A program made the translations under genes and the position numbers. From Promethearchaeota archaeon (GTDB lineage Archaea > Asgardarchaeota > Lokiarchaeia > Sigyniarchaeales > SOKP01), in the NCBI GenBank assembly GCA_048937405.1, contig JBHLNF010000003.1, forward strand, positions 160,001 to 224,000: a DNA stretch of 64,000 nt, in the 5' to 3' direction. The stretch's first letter is position 1. Every line of letters starts with the position of its first letter. Positions 19,640 through 29,052 of the stretch are shown one piece after another. The notes beneath the pieces were generated by a model, which did not search any database, was not told the origin of the DNA, and worked only from the letters and a program-made list of their open reading frames with translations.

Positions 19640-21724
19640 ATGGAAAATATACCCTCACATCCTATTTTAGAGATTCCGACCAGAAAAAAGATTTCATTTA
19701 GCTTTGATGGTAAAAAGTTAACTGCATTTGAAGATATGGTTATATCTTCAGCTCTTTTTCTTAACAAAATAAAAATTTTTGGTCATCATGTTAAAGATAA
19801 TAGTCCAATGGGTATTTTTTGTGCTAATGGTCAATGCTCACAATGTAATGTTATTGTTAATGGAATTCCTCAAAAAGCATGTATGACACCTCTAAAAGAT
19901 GATATGGTAATTAAAAGATGTAATGGATTACCGGAGCTACCTGCTATCGACAATCCTGTCATTGTTTCCAATTCTAAAATTTTTGACACTGAAGTACTTG
20001 TAATTGGTGCAGGTCCTGCGGGATTATCAGCTACTAAGATATTAGGAGAAAATAATGTTAAAGTGATTCTAATAGATGACAAAGCTGAACTTGGAGGTAA
20101 ACTGGTGCTCCAAACACATAAATTTTTTGGCTCACAAGAGGATGTTTATGCTGGTAAACGAGGGATACAAATTGCGAAAATTTTAGGTAAATCTATTAAA
20201 GCTTTATCAAGTGTTCAAACATGGTTAAATTCAGTTTGCGTAGCAGTTTTTAGTGATGGTTTAGTTGGATTCTTAAAAGAAAATAAAGAGTATACATTGA
20301 TAGAACCTAGATATTTATTAATTGCTACTGGAGCTAGAGAAAAAATGCTGATTTTCCCAGGAAATACACTACCAGGGGTATATGGTGCTGGTGCTTTTCA
20401 AACATTAATAAATCGTGATTTAGTAAAAGCCGCAGACAAAATATTTATAGTTGGAGGTGGAAATGTAGGACTTATAGCAGGATATCATGCTATTCAAGCG
20501 GGAATAGATGTTATTGGTTTAATTGAAGCATTACCTCAATGTGGAGGTTATAAAGTCCATGAAGACAAACTTAAAAGATTGGGGGTGCCAATCTATACAA
20601 GTCATACAATATTATCTGCTAATGGTAAAAATAATGTAGAATCTATAACCATTGCTCAAATTGATAAAAATTTTAATATTATTTCTGGAACTGAAAAGAC
20701 ATATGCCTGTGATACCATTTTAATTGCCGTAGGTTTGAATCCTGTTGATGAGTTCTTTCAAAAAGCAAAAAAGTTTGGATTTAAAGTTTGTGTGGCAGGT
20801 GATGCTCAAGAAATAGCAGAAGCTTCAGCTGCAATATTTACAGGGAAAATTGAAGCTTTAAAGATTCTTAAAAAAATGGGAATCAATATCTCAGAAAATA
20901 TTAGCAAATTAGAGGATTTTGCTAAAATTATGAAGACTAAACCTCCTCAACCAATTAAATCTGAAATTAAATTTAAAGAAGAGGGAATATACCCTGTTTT
21001 TTATTGTAATCAAGAGATCCCATGTAATCCTTGTACTACGGTATGTGAACAAGAACAAATTGAGACTCTTGATGATTTGATAACACAGTTACCTTATTTT
21101 AAATATGAAAAAGATTGTATTGGATGTGGAAAGTGTGTTGCTGTATGTCCAGGGTTAGCTGTTGTATTAATTGATTATCGCAAAGATCGAAATAATCCAT
21201 TGCTTACTTTTCCATTTGAGTTATCTGAGGAAAAGTTAGAAAAGGGTCAAGAGATAATTGTTGTCAGTAATGAAGTAGAATTAGGAATATTTGAAATTCA
21301 TAGATCCCGAATAATAAAAGAATTTCCTAAAACTCAACTAATCACTGTTAAATTGCCTTCTGAAATTGCTAAAAAGGCAGTAGCAATTAAACTTTCTCAA
21401 ACTAAATTCATTGAACCGATAGATTTATATCAAAACGCTATAACTGATGATGACACAATTGTATGTAGATGTGAACGTGTATCGGTAGGGGAAATTCGAA
21501 AGTGGATACGTTCAGGAGTTAAGGATTTCAATGAACTAAAGGCATTAACCAAAGTAGGAATGGGAGCTTGTGGAGGAAAAACATGTACGCCGCTAATTGA
21601 AAGAATATTTAGAGAAGAGGGTATATCAACTGATGAAATTATACCAGGAACAAAACGTCCTTTATTTATTGAAGTTCCGATGGGTATATTTGCTAATACT
21701 AAAAATAAATATGAGGAACGTTAA
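19640..21724 (+). CDS. Proline dehydrogenase/sarcosine oxidase alpha-like multidomain flavo-Fe-S subunit
   Basis: N-terminal 2Fe-2S (FCANGQCSQC...ACMT), GAGPAG, ATGARE, GGGNVG, two 4Fe-4S motifs (CNQEIPCNPCTTVC, CIGCGKCVAVCP), C-terminal BFD-like CRCE...GMGACGGKTC. Confidence 0.8.
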   Translation: MENIPSHPILEIPTRKKISFSFDGKKLTAFEDMVISSALFLNKIKIFGHHVKDNSPMGIFCANGQCSQCNVIVNGIPQKACMTPLKDDMVIKRCNGLPELPAIDNPVIVSNSKIFDTEVLVIGAGPAGLSATKILGENNVKVILIDDKAELGGKLVLQTHKFFGSQEDVYAGKRGIQIAKILGKSIKALSSVQTWLNSVCVAVFSDGLVGFLKENKEYTLIEPRYLLIATGAREKMLIFPGNTLPGVYGAGAFQTLINRDLVKAADKIFIVGGGNVGLIAGYHAIQAGIDVIGLIEALPQCGGYKVHEDKLKRLGVPIYTSHTILSANGKNNVESITIAQIDKNFNIISGTEKTYACDTILIAVGLNPVDEFFQKAKKFGFKVCVAGDAQEIAEASAAIFTGKIEALKILKKMGINISENISKLEDFAKIMKTKPPQPIKSEIKFKEEGIYPVFYCNQEIPCNPCTTVCEQEQIETLDDLITQLPYFKYEKDCIGCGKCVAVCPGLAVVLIDYRKDRNNPLLTFPFELSEEKLEKGQEIIVVSNEVELGIFEIHRSRIIKEFPKTQLITVKLPSEIAKKAVAIKLSQTKFIEPIDLYQNAITDDDTIVCRCERVSVGEIRKWIRSGVKDFNELKALTKVGMGACGGKTCTPLIERIFREEGISTDEIIPGTKRPLFIEVPMGIFANTKNKYEER

Positions 21725-22891
21725 ATGGTTGAGTATGATGTAATCATTATAGGCGCAGGCAGTGTTGGTGTTCCAACGGCTTTAGCTACTGCCAATGATG
21801 GGTTAAAAACACTTGTAATTGATTCATTACCCTCTGTAGCACAAGCAGATAATAAGCATGCTATTGGTGGAATTAGAGCTACTCACTCTCATAAGGGAAA
21901 AATATGGTTATGTCAAAGATCAATTGAAATTTTTTCTTCCTGGGAAGAACGATATGGAGATGATATTTGGTGGACTCAGGGAGGTTATACATTTTTAGCA
22001 TTTACTAAAGAACATGAAAATCAGTTAAAGGAAACTGTAAAACTTCAAAAAAGCTATGGATTAAATATTAATTATGTTAATGCTTATAAAATTAAGGATT
22101 TAATACCAGGTATCAATGATGATAATCTATTAGGGGGGACATATAGCCCTGAAGATGGCAATGCTTCCCCTCTATTATCATTACATGCATTTTTTCGAAG
22201 ATCAAAAAATTTAGGAGTAATTTATCAATTCAAGGAAAAAGTTACAGCTATAATAACTAAAAATAATAAAGTAATTGGGATCAAAACTACAAAAAGTCGA
22301 TATAAAACGCAATCAATTATTAATGCAGCAGGCGCTCATGCTAAAGAAATTGGAAATATGGTTGGCATAGATACCCCAGTAGAACCAGAATCACATGAAG
22401 CAGGAATAACAGAACCAGTAAAAAAATTCTTTACTCCAATGGTAGTGGATATTAGGGTTTGTTATGATCCCAAATTTGGAAACTCGAGGAATTATTATTT
22501 CTATCAAAATAAAGAGGGTAAAATACTTTTTTGTATAACTCCTGATCCAAATATTATAGGAATGGATCGTAATGAAACTAGCTCCTTTCTACCTCAGATC
22601 TCCAAAAGAATGATACAACTTCTTCCACGATTAAGGAACATAAAAGTTAGACGAACATGGCGAGGATTATATCCAATGACGTCTGATGGGAATCCAATCA
22701 TAGGAAAAGTAGATGAAATGAAAGGATATATTAATGCTGTTGGAATGTGTGGTCAAGGATTTATGCTGGGACCAGGATTAGGAGAACTTCTTAGTCGTAT
22801 TTTGACAGATAAAAAAACATTGAGAGATAAAGAGATCTTAGAATCTCTCTGCTATAATCGAGATTTCGGTGTAGAAGAAGAATTGAAATAA
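21725..22891 (+). CDS. FAD-dependent amino-acid oxidoreductase (DAO family; proline dehydrogenase/sarcosine oxidase beta-like)
   Basis: IIGAGSVG, GGIRA, INAAGA, WRGLYPMTSDGNPIIG, GMCGQGFMLGPG; abuts the alpha subunit (TAA ATG). Confidence 0.85.
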   Translation: MVEYDVIIIGAGSVGVPTALATANDGLKTLVIDSLPSVAQADNKHAIGGIRATHSHKGKIWLCQRSIEIFSSWEERYGDDIWWTQGGYTFLAFTKEHENQLKETVKLQKSYGLNINYVNAYKIKDLIPGINDDNLLGGTYSPEDGNASPLLSLHAFFRRSKNLGVIYQFKEKVTAIITKNNKVIGIKTTKSRYKTQSIINAAGAHAKEIGNMVGIDTPVEPESHEAGITEPVKKFFTPMVVDIRVCYDPKFGNSRNYYFYQNKEGKILFCITPDPNIIGMDRNETSSFLPQISKRMIQLLPRLRNIKVRRTWRGLYPMTSDGNPIIGKVDEMKGYINAVGMCGQGFMLGPGLGELLSRILTDKKTLRDKEILESLCYNRDFGVEEELK

Positions 22892-22977
22892 CTATATTAA
22901 AAGAAATAATCTCAACTGATTTATATCTAATATTCCTTTTTAATATTAAATTATCAAAGAAAAATTAAGTTTTTAAA

Positions 22978-23910
22978 ATGGTTCGACATCTATTAAAAGT
23001 CTCTGATTTTTCAAAGAATGAGTGTGAGAAGGTTATTGATAAAGCAATCGAATTAAAGAAAAATTCTAAGAAATTTAATTCAACCTTACAAGGTGAAACA
23101 CTTTTAATGTTTTTTGAAAAACCTTCTTTAAGAACAAGAATTTCATTTGAAACAGGAATGCAGCAATTGGGGGGACATGCAATTTTCTATTCGATTAAAG
23201 ACTCACCTTTAGGTAAAAAAGAAAACATATCAGACACAGCAAAAGTTGCTTCTAGATTTGTAAATATTATTGCTGCTAGAGTTTTTAAGCGACAAGTCAT
23301 AATGGATCTTGCTAAATATGCCGATGTGCCAGTTATAAATATGTTGGATGATTTTGCCCATCCATGCCAAATTTTAGGAGACTTTCAGACCATTAAAGAG
23401 AAGAAAAATAGTTTAACTAACATGAAACTCTCTTATTTTGGTGATGCTTATAACAATGTTACTTATGATTTAATGCGAATCTGTGCGATGTTTGGATGGA
23501 GAATGGTCGTTGCATGCCCTAACGCTCCAGAATATTCACCTGAACAAATAGTTTTAGATGAAGTTTCTAATTTATCTAAAGAAACTGGTGCTGAAATACA
23601 AGTTATTCATGATGCCATGGAAGCTGCTCGAGATTCTGATGTTATATATACCGATAGTTGGATGAGTTATGGAATACCTCAAGAACAAGAAGAAGAACGG
23701 AAAAAGGTTTTTATGCCTTTTCAAGTCACATCCTCAATTATGAGAGTTGCAAAATCAGATGCTATATTCATGAATTGTTTGCCAGCAATGAGAGGTTATG
23801 AACAAACTGCTGATGTTATTGATGGTCCTCAATCAATTGTTTATGATCAAGCAGAAAATAGATTGCATATCCAAAAAGCAATTATGCTCTTTTTACGTGG
23901 CAAAATTTAG
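22978..23910 (+). CDS. arcB: Ornithine carbamoyltransferase
   Basis: FEKPSLRTR, HPCQ, YTDSWMSYG, NCLP (variant of HCLP), QAENRLH. Confidence 0.92.
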   Translation: MVRHLLKVSDFSKNECEKVIDKAIELKKNSKKFNSTLQGETLLMFFEKPSLRTRISFETGMQQLGGHAIFYSIKDSPLGKKENISDTAKVASRFVNIIAARVFKRQVIMDLAKYADVPVINMLDDFAHPCQILGDFQTIKEKKNSLTNMKLSYFGDAYNNVTYDLMRICAMFGWRMVVACPNAPEYSPEQIVLDEVSNLSKETGAEIQVIHDAMEAARDSDVIYTDSWMSYGIPQEQEEERKKVFMPFQVTSSIMRVAKSDAIFMNCLPAMRGYEQTADVIDGPQSIVYDQAENRLHIQKAIMLFLRGKI

Positions 23911-24022
23911 ATTTAGATCATGTCTATTAAATATATATATTGGATAATAATATTTTTAACTAGATTATACAAAAATAATTCTTTATGTATCACTATACTT
24001 TAACTTGTTTCAATAAGATAAT

Positions 24023-25579
24023 ATGGGCGAACAAGAATTAGAAAAGAAATTAAAGCCTGAAGAATTAGTTTATGCAGAAAACTTTGTTGAAGAGGGAGAA
24101 TTTGATAAAGCTCTTAAACTTTTAAATATATTTGAAAAAAAAAAAAATATTCTTTATCATGATAAATTATCTTGCTATCATTTAATGGGACAAATATTAA
24201 TATGGAAGGGAAACTATGAAGAAGCTATTAAAATAAGTGAAGAAATGTATAATATATCCCAATTATATAAAGATGAACTCCACTCAATAGATGCTTTAAT
24301 TTTACTCTCTCATATTTATACTTATCAGTATAATGATGATATGGCTCTTGATAAAATTAATCAATCGGAAAATCTATTAGAAAAAGTCTCCAAAGAATCA
24401 TCAGAAATTTTATTAAAAAGAGAAGCTCATTTGTTCTATTGTAAAGGTTTAATTTATTTTCATAAAGGTAATATTGATCAAGCTTTTGAGTATCTAGAAA
24501 GAAGCCTAATTCTGCGAAAAGAACTCGGTAATAAACAAGAAATCGCTGAATCTCTTTATAGTATGGCACGGATTTTAGCTTATAATGGGGAATTTGATCG
24601 AGCTTTTAACATTTTGGAACATAGTTTGACATTCGCAACGGAAAGTAAAAGCATATTTTATATGGGGCTAAACTATAATACTCTTGGGGTAATATATTTA
24701 TGGAAAGGTAAAATTAATCAAAGTCTAAAAAATTTTGAAAAAAGCCTAGCAATTTTCAAGAAAGTTAAAAATAATCTTGTTATTTGTGGTCTTCTCAACA
24801 ATATAAGCGAAGCATATTATTTAAAAGGGAATTTAAATCAAGCTTTAAATTGCTTAGAACATAGTTTATTGTTAGAAAACGATATTGATATTGGACACTT
24901 AAAAATTAATACCCTTGATACAGCAATTCAATTCGCTCTTGAAATTAAAGATACTAATCGGGCTTTAGAATACTTTCATGAATTAGAAAAGATCAATGAT
25001 CAAGAGGATAGTAAAAAAATTAAATTCATATACCTCTATAATAAGGCTTTAATACTGAAATCGAGTTCGTTGTATAGTAATCAAATTAGAGCTAGGGAGA
25101 TATTAAAGAAGATCGTTGAAAAAAAAATCCCACTTCTATTCGAAACTTCAGTTAGGGCCTTGCTTAATTTATGTGATATATTATTAACCGAATTACATGA
25201 GACAACTAACTTGGAATTGTTGGATCAAATTCAAATTTATATTAATCAAATATTGGGTATTGCTCGGAATCAAAAATTATATTGGCTATTGGTAGAATCA
25301 TATTTATTGGAAGTAATTTTAGATTTGATAAAATTAGATTTAAAGAAAGCTCAAAAAACATTAATCGAAGCTCAAAGAATAGCTGAAAAATATGGTATGA
25401 ATCAATTAGTTGGAAAAATATCGATAGAACAGAATAAGTTATACAAACAAAAAAATAGATGGTTTAAATTGAAGGATTCAGATAAAACAATAATAGAACT
25501 TGCAAATTTAATCCCATTAAAGGAACAATTAAGCTATATGCTCAAAAAGCGTGAAATCTTTAAAAAATTTAATATCTAA
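24023..25579 (+). CDS. Tetratricopeptide repeat protein
   Basis: Repeated helical TPR consensus units (KGNIDQAFEYLERSL, GKINQSLKNFEKSL, GNLNQALNCLEHSL). Confidence 0.85.
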   Translation: MGEQELEKKLKPEELVYAENFVEEGEFDKALKLLNIFEKKKNILYHDKLSCYHLMGQILIWKGNYEEAIKISEEMYNISQLYKDELHSIDALILLSHIYTYQYNDDMALDKINQSENLLEKVSKESSEILLKREAHLFYCKGLIYFHKGNIDQAFEYLERSLILRKELGNKQEIAESLYSMARILAYNGEFDRAFNILEHSLTFATESKSIFYMGLNYNTLGVIYLWKGKINQSLKNFEKSLAIFKKVKNNLVICGLLNNISEAYYLKGNLNQALNCLEHSLLLENDIDIGHLKINTLDTAIQFALEIKDTNRALEYFHELEKINDQEDSKKIKFIYLYNKALILKSSSLYSNQIRAREILKKIVEKKIPLLFETSVRALLNLCDILLTELHETTNLELLDQIQIYINQILGIARNQKLYWLLVESYLLEVILDLIKLDLKKAQKTLIEAQRIAEKYGMNQLVGKISIEQNKLYKQKNRWFKLKDSDKTIIELANLIPLKEQLSYMLKKREIFKKFNI

Positions 25580-25750
25580 TGATTGCCCATATTCATTTTC
25601 AATTAAACTTTACAAAAGGAAAAAAAATATAGATTTGAAGTATATTGATTTAGGTGTGGTAAATCATGAAACCATTAATCTAGATTAATAGATTCTTCGT
25701 AGTATTTTTTATTTAAAGATTTAACGTACCACTCAGTCTTTCTCATGTAA

Positions 25751-26752
25751 TTAAGTATGAAATAATAATATTCCTTTTTTTTTTTTAATTAATATTGTTG
25801 ATATTGCTATAATTATTCCAATAATAACTATTGAATATCCTGGAATTATTGTTTTTGGTTGCTTACATTCAAAATTATTATCTTTCAAGTTATTCCCTGA
25901 AGTTCCTGATTCGTAATAATTCAGGAAGCTCCCGCAGAAAAGGTTTCCTATTATATTATTATAAGAACTTCCTATTAACCATAATCCTCGATCGATATTA
26001 TTATGACCTTTATTATACAAGATTTGGTTATAATCACTATGTATTTCTAGAAGCATTCCTGTAAAACCATTACTACTTACAATGTTTTCTGATATTGTAT
26101 TATTCACACATCTGGATAAATGTATCCCATATCCTCTTGGTTGGGCTCCATCTTTTCTTATATAGCTATTGTTATTTATTATATTACCAGAAATCGTGTT
26201 TTTAGTACAATCTTTCATAATAATTCCGTTACAACCATTATCAGAGCAATTATTGTTAATGACTGCACCATTACTAACAGTTTCAAGTCGTAATCCTGCA
26301 TCAGTCAGATCAGTTCCACTATTGTAAAAGCTACAGTATCTAAGTGCGAAATATACCTCAGAAAACTTGATCTCAAGACAGTTTCCAACACCATTACCAT
26401 CTATACTAATATTTTCAATTATATAAGGATTGGACCAACTTCCATCACCTCCACCAAACCAATATTGACTCTCAACCCAAGTCCAATTATGAGCTCCAAC
26501 ACCTCCAGCAAGTCCTTCAATAATAAATGGACTCAATTCAAAATAGCTTGAAATTTTCAGCTTTTCATTATTGAAATCATTGAAGAATTCATCATTTCTT
26601 AAATCATTTTTATGAGGTAGTAATATTATTAAAGAAAAACAAATTGAGAGTGTTAGGAATGTGAGGAGTATACCTAAATTTCTGTTTGCTTTCATTATTC
26701 TGATTCTCACTTTTTTTTGATCAAATCGTCTTTTTTTAGTAGATTTCTTCAC
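25751..26752 (-). CDS. Cell-surface NosD/CASH parallel beta-helix protein with IPGY-TM-Lys C-terminal sorting tail (start may be downstream at MKANRN)
   Basis: GDGSWSNPYIIENISID, NNTISxN repeats, C-terminus IIPGYSIVIIGIIIAISTILIKKKK. Confidence 0.8.
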   Translation of the reverse strand: MKKSTKKRRFDQKKVRIRIMKANRNLGILLTFLTLSICFSLIILLPHKNDLRNDEFFNDFNNEKLKISSYFELSPFIIEGLAGGVGAHNWTWVESQYWFGGGDGSWSNPYIIENISIDGNGVGNCLEIKFSEVYFALRYCSFYNSGTDLTDAGLRLETVSNGAVINNNCSDNGCNGIIMKDCTKNTISGNIINNNSYIRKDGAQPRGYGIHLSRCVNNTISENIVSSNGFTGMLLEIHSDYNQILYNKGHNNIDRGLWLIGSSYNNIIGNLFCGSFLNYYESGTSGNNLKDNNFECKQPKTIIPGYSIVIIGIIIAISTILIKKKKGILLFHT

Positions 26753-26923
26753 ATTAAATGATACAGTATGAAGAAAATGGACAAATGATACTGTTCCATT
26801 CTATGTGATATTTGAGACACACTCATATTTAAATGTTACCATCACTATTTAATTTATAAAGAAAATAAAATTACATTAAAACAAAATTAACAATTGTTTT
26901 ATAGTTATTAATTAAAGTTCAAA

Positions 26924-27715
26924 TTGATTATCTTTATGAAAAACAATCAAAATGATAAATTAGAAAGAACTGATAAAAGAAATATTGATAATTTAGATAA
27001 AGGAACGGGAGATTTAACAATTAAACCTAAATTTTATGGAGACCTCTATTTGGGAAAAGATTGGGAATCTTTAATTTCTAAACATACATTACGCTATGAT
27101 CTATGGATATTACTCAATCTATACCAGGAATTAAATGTTAGTCAAATAAGTAAATATATAAAACAAAGCAAATCTACGGTATCAAGAGTTTTAAAAGCTA
27201 TGGAAAGTGATGGTCTTCTAGAATCTAGACGAGGAAAAATAAAAGTAGGAGAACGAGAAAGAATTCCACCAAAATACTATCATATTAACGAATTATATAA
27301 GAAAGAGGAGGAGATCGAAAAAGATATAAAGGAAGTACCTTCAGATCCGCTAAAATTGCATGAATTCTTACTTTCAGAAATTAGAACCTGTCGAAGTGCT
27401 ATATACAATGTTATTAGATTGGTTAATTACTTAAGTGCGGGAATAAATTATCTTGATGATCATTTAGAAGAGATTGGGAAAGCTAAAGAGATCTATGTAA
27501 AGTTATTGTCAGGAATAAATGAACCAGAATTTAACTTTATATTTTTAGATAAAAAAAGATTTAGGAAATTTTATGATCTTCGTTTAGAATATATGTTGAA
27601 ATTAAAAAAATTAATTATGGAACAAGATTTAGACGCAGATAGTGCCTTCATCTATTTTGATTCTTTTTTGCCATTAAAAACTCTTTTAGAATTGTATAAA
27701 AAAGAAAAACTATAA
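26924..27715 (+). CDS. Winged helix-turn-helix transcriptional regulator (ArsR/MarR-like)
   Basis: ELNVSQISKYIKQSKSTVSRVLKAMESDGLL HTH and PPKYY wing. Confidence 0.75.
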   Translation: MIIFMKNNQNDKLERTDKRNIDNLDKGTGDLTIKPKFYGDLYLGKDWESLISKHTLRYDLWILLNLYQELNVSQISKYIKQSKSTVSRVLKAMESDGLLESRRGKIKVGERERIPPKYYHINELYKKEEEIEKDIKEVPSDPLKLHEFLLSEIRTCRSAIYNVIRLVNYLSAGINYLDDHLEEIGKAKEIYVKLLSGINEPEFNFIFLDKKRFRKFYDLRLEYMLKLKKLIMEQDLDADSAFIYFDSFLPLKTLLELYKKEKL

Positions 27716-28086
27716 TTTAATTTTTTTATTGAATGAATGGGGAAATTTATTAAAAAAATTAAATAAGCAGGGGAATTTAATAAATTTATTTTTACTTTAA
27801 ATACGCAGATACTCTCGATGTTCACTTATAAATTGATAATCGCCCTGGGTTTATACGAGTAGGCTTATTTTATCCCAATATACTCGTTCAGAACGAGATG
27901 ATATGACACTTACAGGAGCAAGGAAAACATCTTCCGGGATTAATCAGTTAAGATTTCATCTAATAAAAATTTGATATTAGAAATAATAAGAAAGACTCTA
28001 AATTCTCTGAAAAAATTTTAAATATTAAGTTAAATATAATCTATTTTTCATTTACTTTTATATAATTTTACCTAGAGGTCTAATTA

Positions 28087-28998
28087 TTGAAAACATTAAT
28101 TATAGCCCTTGGTGGAAATGCTTTAATAAAATTTGGAGAAGAAGGTACAACTGAGGAACAATTTCGAAATTTGAAGGTACCTATTAGCCAAATTGCAGAA
28201 TTAGCAAAAGAATATAATATTATTATTACACATGGCAATGGTCCACAAGTTGGAAATCTTTTATTACAACAGGAAGCAACTGCATTTGTCTCAAAAAGTC
28301 CACTACAAATATTAGTGGCAGAAACTCAAGGTCAAATTGGATTTATGATTGAAAGTACTTTAGACGAAGAACTCATGAAATTAGGATTGGATGTAGAAAA
28401 GTTCTTCCTTACTGTTTTAACTTATGTAGAAGTTGATCCTAAGGATCCTGCATTTAGAAATCCAACGAAACCAATTGGACCTGCCTATCCAGTACGTACG
28501 AAATTAGGCCAAATCAAAACAGCTAAGGGATGGCGTCGTGTAGTTCCTTCTCCTAATCCAATAAAGATTTACCAATGGCGTGAAATAAAAAAACTTATGG
28601 AACTTGGAAGTTGGATTGTAATAGCATGTGGTGGAGGAGGTATTCCTGTCATAAAAGAGGGGAATAATTTATATGGAGTTGAAGCTGTTATTGATAAGGA
28701 TCTTGCTAGTGCTAAATTAGCAGAACAAATCAAAGCAGATATTTTACTGATAGCAACAGATGTTGAGAAGGTTGCTTTAAATTATATGAAATCTAATGAG
28801 AAATTATTGGATAGACTATTAGTATCAGAAGCAGAACAATATTTAGAAGAAGGACAATTCCCTGCAGGAAGTATGGGTCCAAAAGTGAGAGCTGTAATAA
28901 ATTTTTTAAAGTCTGGAGGGAAGCAAGCTATAATTACTTCTATTAACAAGATAAAAGATGCTCTGAAAGGTAAAGCAGGAACTCACTTTTTTATATAA
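28087..28998 (+). CDS. arcC: Carbamate kinase
   Basis: IALGGNAL, THGNGPQVG, PTKPIGP, RRVVPSP, GGGGIPV, EAVIDKD, GSMGPKV. Confidence 0.95.
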   Translation: MKTLIIALGGNALIKFGEEGTTEEQFRNLKVPISQIAELAKEYNIIITHGNGPQVGNLLLQQEATAFVSKSPLQILVAETQGQIGFMIESTLDEELMKLGLDVEKFFLTVLTYVEVDPKDPAFRNPTKPIGPAYPVRTKLGQIKTAKGWRRVVPSPNPIKIYQWREIKKLMELGSWIVIACGGGGIPVIKEGNNLYGVEAVIDKDLASAKLAEQIKADILLIATDVEKVALNYMKSNEKLLDRLLVSEAEQYLEEGQFPAGSMGPKVRAVINFLKSGGKQAIITSINKIKDALKGKAGTHFFI

Positions 28999-29052
28999 AG
29001 TAATTTATGAATTTATAATACTTCAAAATCTTATAGATAATAATTTTTACAA

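Noticed and set aside
26776-26800. Imperfect palindrome AATGGAC...GTTCCATT between the beta-helix gene and the wHTH gene
   Set aside because: Only 6 bp of perfect pairing in AT-rich DNA; not distinguishable from background without comparative data
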